From a candidate division WOR-3 bacterium (GTDB taxonomy: Bacteria; Hydrothermota; Tepidihabitantia; Tepidihabitantales; Tepidihabitantaceae), in contig JBDRUH010000012.1 of NCBI GenBank assembly GCA_039801225.1, positions 1-40,792 of the forward strand: a stretch of DNA of 40,792 nt, given 5' to 3'. The notes under the pieces are model-generated. The model saw nothing but the letters and a program-made list of their open reading frames with translations, was not told the DNA's origin and made no database searches. The position numbers and the translations under genes are program-made. Positions 8,343-16,917 of the stretch are shown here, one piece after another; the first letter of the stretch is position 1, and the number at the start of each line of letters is the position of its first letter.

Positions 8343-9590
8343 TTAACCAAGAAGTTTTTTCAGCCAGGGAATGAGTTCTTTTTGAGGTAGAGTAACCTGC
8401 TCACCAGTGTTAAGGTTTTTCACCGAATAGACACCTTCTTTGAGTTCATCTTCACCAACGACGATTGCCAGGAGAGCATTTAAACTATCAGCAAGGGCAA
8501 ATTGACGCCGGAGCCGAGGGGCATCGTAGAAAATCTGGGCAGAGATACCCTCGTCCCTGAGCCGGTTTAAGAGTTCTATTGCCGGTTTTAACTCCTTTTC
8601 ACTTGCCCGGATGACAACCACCATTTGCCTTCGCCTATGAGCGGGTGTAGGCAGAGCAAGCATCGTCCTTTCCAGTCCAATTGCCAGACCAATCGCTGGC
8701 ACCTGGTTTCCACCGAAATCCTCAAAGAGATAGTCGTAACGGCCACCACCGCCGATGCTATTCTGAGCGCCAAGAACGGGTGAGATAAATTCAAAGGTGG
8801 TGCGGTTGTAGTAGTCCAGACCCCGGACGAGATAGGGGTTATTTTCCCAGGGGATACCCATTTCCTTAATCCGTTCAATTACCACCTGGAAGTGGTTTGC
8901 GCATTCCGGGCACAAATTTTCTTTTGGCAAAGGGGCACGAGCAAGCCGTTTCTGGCAGGAGGGGTTTTTGCAATCAAAAACCCGCAGGGGGTTGAGTTGT
9001 ATCCGCTCATTGCAATCGGCACAGAGGTGCTCCCTTTCCTTTTGCAAAAAACTGACCAGTTTCTCCCGGTAAACAGGGCGGCAGACCCGGCAGCCGATAG
9101 AGTTAACCTGGACGGTGCAGTTGGTTATGCCAATTTTTTCAAAGAAGGTGATGCCAAATTGAATCGTCTCGGCGTCAATTAACGGACTCGCCTCACCCAA
9201 TGCTTCAACCCCCAATTGATAGAACTCCCGGTAACGACCCTTCTGGGGTTTTGAGTAGCGGAAGCAAGGACCGATATAAAACAACCGGCAGGGCAGGGAA
9301 ATTCTATTCTCCAATACCGCCCGCACAACTCCAGGTGTGCCTTCCGGTCTTAAGGTAAGGCTTCTGCCCGCCCGGTCGTTAAAGGTATACATTTCTTTAG
9401 TTACAATGTCGGAAGCGGCGCCAGAGGATTTAAGGAAAACCTCGGTATGTTCAAATGTTGGTGTGACAATCTCCCGATAGCCGTAAAGCGATGCCAATTC
9501 CCGAAACTTCATCTCAACGATGTGCTTCACTTCGCTTGCCGGGGGAACAAAATCCTGCGTTCCCTTAGGTCGGTAGGATTTAAGCGCCAC
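8343..9590 (-). CDS. hisS: Histidine--tRNA ligase
   Basis: PKGTQDF, KEMYTF, TLRPEGT, PQKGRYREFYQ, LVRGLDYY, GGGRYD and GLER motifs. Confidence 0.97.
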   Translation of the reverse strand: MALKSYRPKGTQDFVPPASEVKHIVEMKFRELASLYGYREIVTPTFEHTEVFLKSSGAASDIVTKEMYTFNDRAGRSLTLRPEGTPGVVRAVLENRISLPCRLFYIGPCFRYSKPQKGRYREFYQLGVEALGEASPLIDAETIQFGITFFEKIGITNCTVQVNSIGCRVCRPVYREKLVSFLQKEREHLCADCNERIQLNPLRVFDCKNPSCQKRLARAPLPKENLCPECANHFQVVIERIKEMGIPWENNPYLVRGLDYYNRTTFEFISPVLGAQNSIGGGGRYDYLFEDFGGNQVPAIGLAIGLERTMLALPTPAHRRRQMVVVIRASEKELKPAIELLNRLRDEGISAQIFYDAPRLRRQFALADSLNALLAIVVGEDELKEGVYSVKNLNTGEQVTLPQKELIPWLKKLLG

Positions 9591-9927
9591 TTCTCAGACG
9601 GGTTACCAGTTCGGTAAGAAAAACACCCAATAAAAGACCGACGAGATTGGCGAATATGTCTGCCGCTTCAAACTGCCGGTCCTTTATCACCACTCGTTGC
9701 AGATACTCAACTCCAACTGCAATCGGAATGGTAATTCCGAAACAGGTATAGGGAAGGGCAACCTGTCCCAATCCGCCCATCACAAAGAAAAGGCTGGTGT
9801 GAACCGTTTTGTCCATTCCCCGCCTTAACATCTTTGGCGGTGTGGGAGTTGGTAAAAGAAGCGCTGCGGTGGTAAAAATCACCCAGAGGGCAAAAAGGAC
9901 CTGACTCAACTGCCGCTTACTTCTCAC
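9580..9927 (-). CDS. VanZ family membrane protein
   Basis: DKTVH, EYLQ and R.FEAADIFANLVG motifs; hydrophobic helices. Confidence 0.85.
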   Translation of the reverse strand: MRSKRQLSQVLFALWVIFTTAALLLPTPTPPKMLRRGMDKTVHTSLFFVMGGLGQVALPYTCFGITIPIAVGVEYLQRVVIKDRQFEAADIFANLVGLLLGVFLTELVTRLRSGA

Positions 9928-10550
9928 TTTCCTCCTCGCTCAAGCGTTTCTTTCACCCGCATCAACCGGAGCAAATCCTGGCGTTCACTCTCGGCAAGTT
10001 TGAAGGTTATCGCCCGGATGGTCTCTTCAATAGAAGGAATCAGGACAAATTCTAAGGCGTTAACTCTACGCCGGGTCTTCTCCAACTCGCCGGCTAAAAT
10101 CTCCAGAGTCTTTTCCTTCTCGGCAAGGACAAAGAGGGAGTCAAGGAGTCGGTCCAGGGATAAAAGGGCGAGGTCCAGTTCACCTGAGGTTGTGGCGAAG
10201 CCATAGGAGCGCATCCTGCCCGTGCTTTCTTTTTTAAACACCGGCACCGGCAGGTTCATCACCCTCTTTGTCTTTACCTCAACCGTTATCCTTCGGGTTG
10301 GCAGCATTATCCCTTCATCAAGAAATTTTGGTTCAAAAGAGCCACCGGCAAGGGCAAAGCGGGCAAGAACCCGGCGGGTCTCTTTTCGGACAATCTGCCG
10401 ATGGGAGCGAATTTCGGCAATCAATTCCAGCAGTCGGCGCATCAACTCCTGCTGCCGGTCTCTTAAAAGTTTGTGACCCCTTCGGGCAAGAACCAACCGG
10501 CGCCTTAGGCGCAAAAGTTCCATTCGCGTCGCGCCAACCGAAAGTTTCAT
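9924..10550 (-). CDS. atpD: V/A-type ATP synthase subunit D
   Basis: TRMELLRL...ARRGHKLLRDR and ELEKTRRRVNALEFVLIP motifs. The symbol refers to the V-type D subunit (ntpD), not F1 beta. Confidence 0.94.
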   Translation of the reverse strand: MKLSVGATRMELLRLRRRLVLARRGHKLLRDRQQELMRRLLELIAEIRSHRQIVRKETRRVLARFALAGGSFEPKFLDEGIMLPTRRITVEVKTKRVMNLPVPVFKKESTGRMRSYGFATTSGELDLALLSLDRLLDSLFVLAEKEKTLEILAGELEKTRRRVNALEFVLIPSIEETIRAITFKLAESERQDLLRLMRVKETLERGGK

Positions 10551-10557
10551 CAAGTCA

Positions 10558-10585
10558 ATTTTACCCTTAGAAGAGGCAAAGTCAA
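10558..10585 (-). promoter_or_regulatory. Promoter for V-ATPase D-vanZ-hisS, probably leaderless
   Basis: TTGACT-N16-TAAAAT followed by only 7 nt before the ATG; no SD. Confidence 0.7.
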
Positions 10586-10592
10586 AAAGGGG

Positions 10593-11708
10593 TTATTTTT
10601 TATTCCAGGCAAAACGGGTTAATGCGATGTCCTTGCCACCAGGACCGCTTTTACTTGTAACATTGGCGGCAACAAAAACATCCTGGGCAAAGATTACCGC
10701 AGTACCCGAGACATCTTTACCGATGTGCTGCTGCCGCTCCCACACAGAAATGGCGTTAGGCAGATATTCAAACACCAAAAGCGCACCTCCTTTTGGGGTT
10801 CGGAGCGTTCCACACACGATAATTTCACCTTTATCGCCCAGACATATTCCCTTTCCTTCTGCCTGGGCATTATTACCATAGGCAACCTTGCGCACAACGC
10901 CACCATCCAAAGTATACTCCAGAAGGACACAACGCACCGAATCAGAAATTTGGGCGGTGCCCACGGCGACGATATTGCCAAACTGGTCAACTGTTAGGTC
11001 ACCGGGTGTATCCTCACCGCCGGAGTCATAAACCCGATACCAGATGGTGTCACCATTCGGTTTAAGACTAAGGAGAAATATATCACCATTTTTAGCATCT
11101 CGCCTCTTTCCCAATAAAATGATTGTTCGGTTTGGTGCCAAAGCCACCTTTGTTCCTTCTGCCCATTCTCCCTGGGAATAGTTTCTGCTCCATAATGTTT
11201 TACCCGTTGGGTTGAGAAGGGCGACAAGGACCTCTGCCCCCTTTTCTGTTTCCACCCCACCGCAGATGACGATGTTAGTATCAATCAGGCAGATGCCATT
11301 CGCCCAGCTACCTTTACCCAACGCCAGACCCTTTTTCCATACTGTTCTGCCCACAAGGTCATTTTTAACCACCAGACAGAGGGATGTGTCATTTTTCTGA
11401 ACCGAACCGCAGAGAAAAAGATTACCTTTTAAGTCAAGACCGGCACCCCGAAATGAGGTCATTTTTCCCTCAGAGAAAACCTGTCGTCGGAGGAAATTAC
11501 CATCGCGGTCAATAAACTCCACCAAACCCTTGCCATCCTGATTGCCCACGACGATTAACCGTTCACCGTCGGAAAGCAAATCCACCGCCTCTTCATTGGC
11601 ACCGCGGTCAATAATCCGCTGCCACACCACCATCTTTTTTCCACAGGAAAGGGTGAGAAGAAAAACAAAAAGATAAAAAAATAATCTATTGTATTCTGTG
11701 CTTCTCAC
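10593..11708 (-). CDS. Putative lipoprotein with beta-propeller-like repeats
   Basis: Lipobox LTLSC; repeated D/P-x-G-x-x-(L/I/V)-W blades. Upstream TTGACA-N17-TAAATT at 11742-11714. Confidence 0.7.
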   Translation of the reverse strand: MRSTEYNRLFFYLFVFLLTLSCGKKMVVWQRIIDRGANEEAVDLLSDGERLIVVGNQDGKGLVEFIDRDGNFLRRQVFSEGKMTSFRGAGLDLKGNLFLCGSVQKNDTSLCLVVKNDLVGRTVWKKGLALGKGSWANGICLIDTNIVICGGVETEKGAEVLVALLNPTGKTLWSRNYSQGEWAEGTKVALAPNRTIILLGKRRDAKNGDIFLLSLKPNGDTIWYRVYDSGGEDTPGDLTVDQFGNIVAVGTAQISDSVRCVLLEYTLDGGVVRKVAYGNNAQAEGKGICLGDKGEIIVCGTLRTPKGGALLVFEYLPNAISVWERQQHIGKDVSGTAVIFAQDVFVAANVTSKSGPGGKDIALTRFAWNKK

Positions 11709-11905
11709 GATTCAATTTATCCCTTAATAAGAGAAATGTCAAATTAAAACATTCTGGAAACATTGCACTCAAACTTAGCCGACTGTGATTCACAGGTCTC
11801 TCCCCAAACTACTTTTCAATTCCCAAGTTTTTGGTTCTGCGAACCATAAACCCAGAGCCATCTTTTGGCAATGCTGCGGATTTAGCAAAAAATTTCCACC
11901 TTTGG

Positions 11906-12181
11906 TTTTAAACTCTATAATTACCTTTAACCTTATTTTTCTTGTTAAAACCGTTGGAATTTTCCTTTTTGACTTTCTTTCTAAATCGGTTCTTTAACCA
12001 CTTTTAAACTCTCTTCTTAGATTGGAACTTAGCGTTAAAATGAAAACCGGTCTAACTTCATTTTTAAAACCGCATTTTCCCACCATCCCGCAAATTGATT
12101 TTGCCTTTGTACTTAAATACGGTTTTACAACAAAACTTAAAATCAAACCCAAAACCGAGCCAGGAAAGGGTTTTACCACCC
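11906..12181. repeat. Degenerate 12-nt periodic AT-rich tract
   Basis: TTTTAAACTCT at 11906 and 12002 (96 bp apart); AAAACCG at 11947, 12043 and 12151 (multiples of 12 apart). Confidence 0.45.
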
Positions 12182-12363
12182 TAGTGCTGGAGTGGACAGC
12201 CCCCTATATAAACCGGTCTTCAAATTAAGTTATTTAATTACGATACTTAACTCAATTTTACCCATCAGAATTTTGTGTATATATAACTCCACTGTATTCA
12301 ATTCAAAAGGCAATTTGCAAAAGTCAAAACGATTTGAGATTTGACTTTTGGCTTCCCTGTTTT

Positions 12364-12447
12364 GCCCCTCGGCTCCGTCATTCCGACCGAGCCCCTCTCC
12401 TCCGTCATTCCGACAGAAGTGGAGGAATCCCTTCGCTCGGGGCAGGC
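12364..12447. repeat. REP-like cluster of GTCATTCCGAC type
   Basis: GCCCCTCnnCTCCGTCATTCCGAC at 12364 and 12391 (period 27), then GAAGTGGAGGAATC and CCCTTCGCTCGGGGCAGGC. Confidence 0.6.
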
Positions 12448-12469
12448 TTTAGGGAAGAAATCCATTACC

Positions 12470-12497
12470 GTAGGGGCAATTCATGAATTGCCCCTAC
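12470..12497. repeat. GTAG-family REP palindrome
   Basis: Perfect 28-bp palindrome GTAGGGGCAATTCATGAATTGCCCCTAC. Confidence 0.85.
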
Positions 12498-12548
12498 TTG
12501 CTTGCCGTAAAAGCCAAAATGTCGCACAGGATTTGACTTATACAAGAC

Positions 12549-13921
12549 TGTCGTTGCAACTGCAAATCGCAACTTTTATTGCAACTATAAAATCGCAACT
12601 TTTCCAACCTGTTCTGAGTCATTCTACCGCATCCTTAGTCTTGGTCAAAAGCTTGTGGTAGTTTTGCTGTTGTCCATCAATGTAGATTCGTACAGGTTCT
12701 CCGGGAAGGTATCGGACCTCCGCCTTCTTGCCACAGTAGGTGAAACCTCCTGCCGTCGGCTGCAGTTGATACTCAATTCCATTGAATCTGATAGTGTTGG
12801 CGCGGTCCACAATTCGCTCCACTCGGTAGGAAAAAACTTTGTTCAAGTCTACCTTCGAATCAACTGGCGTAAACCGGCTTTGTGCTCCTAATGCTTGGAA
12901 CTTCTCTTGCGGTGTGGAACGCAACTCCCGGTGATATCGGATTTGGTTATAGAAGCGGATGTAGCGTGAGAGCACCCGGTTTGCCTCAGATAGTGTCTGG
13001 ACACCGTAACGCCGAAACCATACCGGCAACTGCAACTGGACTGTTTGGATAAACCGTTCTATCTTCCCTTTGCCACAGGGGTCGTAGAGCTTAGTGTTGA
13101 TAACCTTAATACCCAGCTCAGACAGGGCACGGACAACTTGGAGGTCAGCCTGGTCGGTGTGGTAGGTGTAGTGACGGGATTGATTGTGCCGGATGTAGCG
13201 ATACTTCTCGTCATTGTCGTAATAGAGGGCGACAAAGCGTCCGTAGCGTCGGACAACGCCCTTCAATATTTGGAAGTGTTCCACCACTGAGTCATGTGCT
13301 GCTATTCTGGCGCCCAGACAAAGACGGGTGCAATCGTCGATGAAGGCGATGAGGTGGTAGTAACAGGTGTCATTGGGTAGCCACTGCATAGTGGTTGAGT
13401 CTCCTTGAACCAAAAGCCCTGGTGCCGGTGCTTCAAAACGGTGGCGGAAGACCTTGCCCCGCTTGCCTGGGGAGTAGACCTGCTCGTGGATGAGGATTTG
13501 GCGTGCCCACTCCCGTGAGAGGGAGGGTAAATCAGGATGCTTCAGTCTAAAGAAGTAAAGCAATAGAGACAGCTGGGGTTTGCCAAGGTCAATGTAGTAG
13601 TTTCTGAGTTGGCTGACCTGCTGTGGGCTGATTTTGGTTGGCGGTCGGTTGCGATGCTGTTGGAAAAGCTCCTTGAGACCCGACTCTTGGTAACGGTGAT
13701 AGAGCCTGGTTAGATGCCAATAAGAGTAACCGGATAGTGTTACCGCTTCTTTTAGACTTATCGCCCGACAGTCAACCAACCCGAAAACTTTAGCCAGTGT
13801 AAGCATTTTATCTCCTAATTTGACAATCATTAGACTCTCCTTTCATAAAGAGAGAGTCTATCTTAGAAAGTTGCGATTTTATAGTTGCAATAAAAGTTGC
13901 GGTTTTAGAGTTGCAACGACA
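12549..13921 (-). mobile_element. Insertion sequence, IS481/ISNCY (IS1202-like)
   Basis: TGT...ACA ends, 55/56-bp terminal inverted repeats (12549-12603 and 13866-13921) and a single DDE transposase; no short target-site duplication visible. Confidence 0.9.
12619..13830 (-). CDS. DDE transposase (rve integrase core with N-terminal HTH)
   Basis: RFEAPAPGLLVQGDS (D), FIDDCTR, LYYDND (D), KGKIERFIQTVQ (E); HTH-like SLKEAVTLSGYSYWHLTRL. Confidence 0.92.
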   Translation of the reverse strand: MIVKLGDKMLTLAKVFGLVDCRAISLKEAVTLSGYSYWHLTRLYHRYQESGLKELFQQHRNRPPTKISPQQVSQLRNYYIDLGKPQLSLLLYFFRLKHPDLPSLSREWARQILIHEQVYSPGKRGKVFRHRFEAPAPGLLVQGDSTTMQWLPNDTCYYHLIAFIDDCTRLCLGARIAAHDSVVEHFQILKGVVRRYGRFVALYYDNDEKYRYIRHNQSRHYTYHTDQADLQVVRALSELGIKVINTKLYDPCGKGKIERFIQTVQLQLPVWFRRYGVQTLSEANRVLSRYIRFYNQIRYHRELRSTPQEKFQALGAQSRFTPVDSKVDLNKVFSYRVERIVDRANTIRFNGIEYQLQPTAGGFTYCGKKAEVRYLPGEPVRIYIDGQQQNYHKLLTKTKDAVE

Positions 13922-13929
13922 TGCAAAGT

Positions 13930-13957
13930 TTGACAGTTAATGCATTTTTAATATTAT
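13930..13957 (+). promoter_or_regulatory. Sigma70-type promoter just outside the IS end
   Basis: TTGACA-N16-TATTAT, followed by SD AAGGAGG. Confidence 0.6.
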
Positions 13958-13976
13958 AACTCAAAGGAGGCAAATT

Positions 13977-14438
13977 ATGCGTTACATAAATCTTCTGGCC
14001 GTTGTTATGTCAGTAGTATTGGTAATATTCGAACCCGGTTGTATGAAGTGTTCCGAAAAGGCGGGGGAGAAAATTGTTGAGCAAAGTATCAAGCAAGCAA
14101 CCGGTGGGAAGGCAAAGGTTGATGTGGGTTCGGTAGACATCTCAGCGCTTCCTGAAAATCTCCGCTATCCCAATGCGGTAGCGAAGGGTAAGTTTGAAAT
14201 TACCAATGAAGATGGCAGGGGCATAAACTGGAACTTTGAAACTACCGACCCAGCAGGGCAGGTGGTGGAGTTCTATAAGAATGCCCTCTCCAGTTGGAAG
14301 CGGTCTGCTACCTCAGAGACTCCGGAAGTTACCACAATGATTTTTGGCAGTCCAGATGAGAAGGAGATGGTGGTTGTTGCTGTGGGGAAAGAAGAGGGTG
14401 GTAAAACGACTTTGAACCTCACTCATATCAAAAAGTAG
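13977..14438 (+). CDS. Hypothetical exported protein, possibly a lipoprotein
   Basis: Good SD; hydrophobic N-terminus followed by GC; no function recognised. Confidence 0.75.
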   Translation: MRYINLLAVVMSVVLVIFEPGCMKCSEKAGEKIVEQSIKQATGGKAKVDVGSVDISALPENLRYPNAVAKGKFEITNEDGRGINWNFETTDPAGQVVEFYKNALSSWKRSATSETPEVTTMIFGSPDEKEMVVVAVGKEEGGKTTLNLTHIKK

Positions 14439-14517
14439 TCGGCGAGTTTGCACTTTTGAAGACAGGTCTTTGGGGTAGGTAGTACCGCACAGGCTTAAGA
14501 AGCAATAGGAGGTATCT

Positions 14518-16170
14518 ATGAAAAGGGTTTGGGTTGGGATAGTAGCGACTGTGTTAATCGGTGCTGTTACCGCGCAACCATTACCGGTGCGACTTTATGG
14601 GGATAGCCTGGATGAACAGGCGCACGCGCTGGTTGAAGCGGTGGACAGTGGGTTCTGTATTGCAGGTTGGACAAATAGTTATGGACCGGGGGTACCGAAC
14701 GCCACCAATGTCTTAGTTATCAAGACCGACCCGCAGGGTGTGCCGGGCTGGGCGCGGATGTCTACTGGCTTAAAGGATGACGAAGCCTACTCAATGATAA
14801 AGACCAATGACAACTGTTATGTGCTGTGCGGAATGACGAGGAGTTACGGAATAGGTTCGCCTCAGGCGAACATTTTTGTTACCAAGTTTGGCCAGAATGG
14901 GAACAAAGTCTGGAGTTATGTTTATGGCGGTGAAGGTGATGATATCCCTTATTCGATCATCCAAACTACTGACAACGGTTTTGCCCTGACCGGTTTAACC
15001 TACAGTTTCGGACCGATGCCAAGACCCAATATCTTTATCCTTAAATTGAATGCAATGGGGCTCTTTCAGTGGTTAAGGGTGTATTGGATGATGCCGAATC
15101 ATATGGAGGATGAAGGCAGGTCTATAGTTCAGACCCTAGATACCGGTTATGTGGTTTGCGGCCGGGCGAAGGCAACGAATCCGGCCCAGTATGATGCCTA
15201 TCTAATGAAGTTGAACTCTTCCGGGGCTCCTTTATGGGTTCAGATTGTTCCGGGCGATTCCACTGATGAGGCATACTCAACAGCGATTGACAACATTGGT
15301 AATATTTTTGTTGGCGGCTGGACTCAGAGTTTCTGCCCGCTAGGCGACCCGGCAAACCTGTTTGTTGCTATTTTCAATATGGCTGGAGGTCTTATCGGTT
15401 CCTGGAATTATGGCTGGATAAACGGCTCAGAAAAGTTGCTGGATGATAGGTCTTTAATCGCCACGCCCGATTCAGCAATAGTGGTCTGTGGTCCAACAAC
15501 CAGTGTTGGTCCGGGAACACCAAATCCGAATTTCCTAATTATGAAGCTAAACCTCGGCGGTGGCATCATCTGGGCAAGGTCGCATCCCAGTGCTTATGAC
15601 CCTGGCAATCAGAACGATGTTCCATTTCCAATTGTTCAGTTAAACTGGGGTGGTTATGCGGTTGCCGGCTACAGTAACAGTTATCCCCAGCGTCTTGGGA
15701 GTGATAACTTTATACTTTCAACATTTGATGCCTGGGGCAATCGTCCGGTTTGTGCCGATTCAGTGAACCCAGAGTTTATCCCGATGCCATGGATACAATG
15801 GGAGGTAACGGATTCGCTTTATCAGTTAGAGATGGACACAATGCCCTTTGAAGAGGTTGATGTCCAATATGACTCAGTCTGTTATGACACCAGCGCTCAA
15901 GGAGTAAAGCAGGGTTACAAGCCCCTCCAACATCAGGTAGCAGAACTGCGCGTCTTAGGTAAGGAGTTGGAACTGATTCTTTCTACAACAGAACAGGTGA
16001 ATATCCTTCTTTTTTCAGCCGATGGCAGACTGCTTAGCCAATTAATGAAAGGTAAAATAAATGCTGGCAAGTACAAACTGCCCCTGCCTAAGGAAATTCC
16101 TGCAGGTGTTTACATTGTGCGTGCCGCTGGAGCAGGAAAGGCAGTAAACGCAAAAATCATCCGCTATTAG
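14518..16170 (+). CDS. Secreted beta-propeller repeat protein with T9SS-type C-terminal sorting domain
   Basis: Signal peptide; repeats such as SIIQTTDNGFALTG and KLNSSGAPLW; C-terminal FSADGRLL...IPAGVYIVR...KII. Confidence 0.8.
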   Translation: MKRVWVGIVATVLIGAVTAQPLPVRLYGDSLDEQAHALVEAVDSGFCIAGWTNSYGPGVPNATNVLVIKTDPQGVPGWARMSTGLKDDEAYSMIKTNDNCYVLCGMTRSYGIGSPQANIFVTKFGQNGNKVWSYVYGGEGDDIPYSIIQTTDNGFALTGLTYSFGPMPRPNIFILKLNAMGLFQWLRVYWMMPNHMEDEGRSIVQTLDTGYVVCGRAKATNPAQYDAYLMKLNSSGAPLWVQIVPGDSTDEAYSTAIDNIGNIFVGGWTQSFCPLGDPANLFVAIFNMAGGLIGSWNYGWINGSEKLLDDRSLIATPDSAIVVCGPTTSVGPGTPNPNFLIMKLNLGGGIIWARSHPSAYDPGNQNDVPFPIVQLNWGGYAVAGYSNSYPQRLGSDNFILSTFDAWGNRPVCADSVNPEFIPMPWIQWEVTDSLYQLEMDTMPFEEVDVQYDSVCYDTSAQGVKQGYKPLQHQVAELRVLGKELELILSTTEQVNILLFSADGRLLSQLMKGKINAGKYKLPLPKEIPAGVYIVRAAGAGKAVNAKIIRY

Positions 16171-16191
16171 GCTAAACTTTACCTAAATCGG

Positions 16192-16219
16192 GCGGGAGAG
16201 AACCTCTCTCCCGCTTTTT
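16192..16219 (+). terminator. Rho-independent terminator
   Basis: GCGGGAGAG-aacct-CTCTCCCGC followed by TTTTT. Confidence 0.8.
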
Positions 16220-16482
16220 AAGTATTTGAGGAAGTTTTTTAGTCCACACGGGAAAAATATCATAGATAGACATCTTCTGGGGATTTTTGTGATAGTAGTT
16301 TTTAATGGTTGTTTTTAACCGAAAATCGGGTATAATTTTAAATAGAAGGCGGGTCGGACGGTCGCTCCGCTTTTGCGGGGAGGAAAGTCCGGGCACCAAA
16401 GGGCAGGATACTCGCTAACGGCGAGGCTTTAAGCGGGTGACTGCTTGAAGACGGAAAGTGTCACAGAAACTACACCGCCCAG

Positions 16483-16555
16483 AAATGGTTCTTAGTTTGT
16501 GGTTTTTAGTTCTTGGTTAAACTACGAACCATAAACCATAAACTTGGAACTATTT
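16483..16555. repeat. 73-nt heptamer-repeat hairpin, copy 1, in the rnpB P12 region
   Basis: TGGTTCT TAGTTTG TGGTTTT TAGTTCT TGGTT followed by a complementary arm of AACCATA-type units. Confidence 0.9.
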
Positions 16556-16740
16556 CGGGGTAAGGGTGAAATAGTGCGGTAAGAGCGCACTATCCGTTGT
16601 GGCGACACAGCGGATGGACAAACCCTGTCCGGTGCAAGACCAAGCAGGGAAGAGGACTGGCTCGGTCCGTTATCATTCCCGGGTAGGTCGCTTCAGACTG
16701 ACGGGCAACCGCCGGTCAGAGAGAAATGACCGTCTCCCGG

Positions 16741-16813
16741 AGGTGGTTCTAAGTTTGTGGTTTTTAGTTCTGGGTTAAACTACGAACCATCAACCATAAA
16801 CTTTGAACTATTT
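16741..16813. repeat. 73-nt heptamer-repeat hairpin, copy 2, in the rnpB P19 region
   Basis: 67/73 identical to copy 1 by manual alignment; same orientation. Confidence 0.9.
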
Positions 16814-16871
16814 ACGGGAACAGAACCCGGCTTATAGACCCGCCTTCGCTTTTTTTAATTTAGATGGGAGA

Positions 16872-16899
16872 TTGACAATCATAAAGAGTTGCCTAAAAT
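16872..16899 (+). promoter_or_regulatory. Sigma70-type promoter for the transporter operon
   Basis: TTGACA-N16-TAAAAT. Confidence 0.7.
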
Positions 16900-16917
16900 A
16901 GAGTCTCTTAATTACTT

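Larger units (their letters stand above)
16345..16847 (+). ncRNA. rnpB: RNase P RNA, bacterial type A, enlarged (~503 nt)
   Basis: GAGGAAAGTCCGGGC, ACAGAAA..ACCGCC, AGGGTGAAA..GTGCGGTAAGAGCGCAC and ACAGAACCCGGCTTA motifs; P1 GAAGGCGGGTC/GACCCGCCTTC; TATAAT at 16331. Confidence 0.97.

Noticed and set aside
11760..12340. Replication origin in the AT-rich spacer
   Set aside because: No cluster of TTATNCACA boxes (one mismatched candidate near 12273) and no dnaA/dnaN context.
12519..12548. Possible dif/XerCD site beside the IS end (ATGTCGCACAG-GATTTGAC-TTATACAAGAC)
   Set aside because: The spacer would be 8 rather than 6 bp, and both arms match the dif consensus poorly.
12341..12661. 106-aa ORF containing SVIPTE repeats
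   Set aside because: It is a translation of REP elements and the IS terminal repeat.
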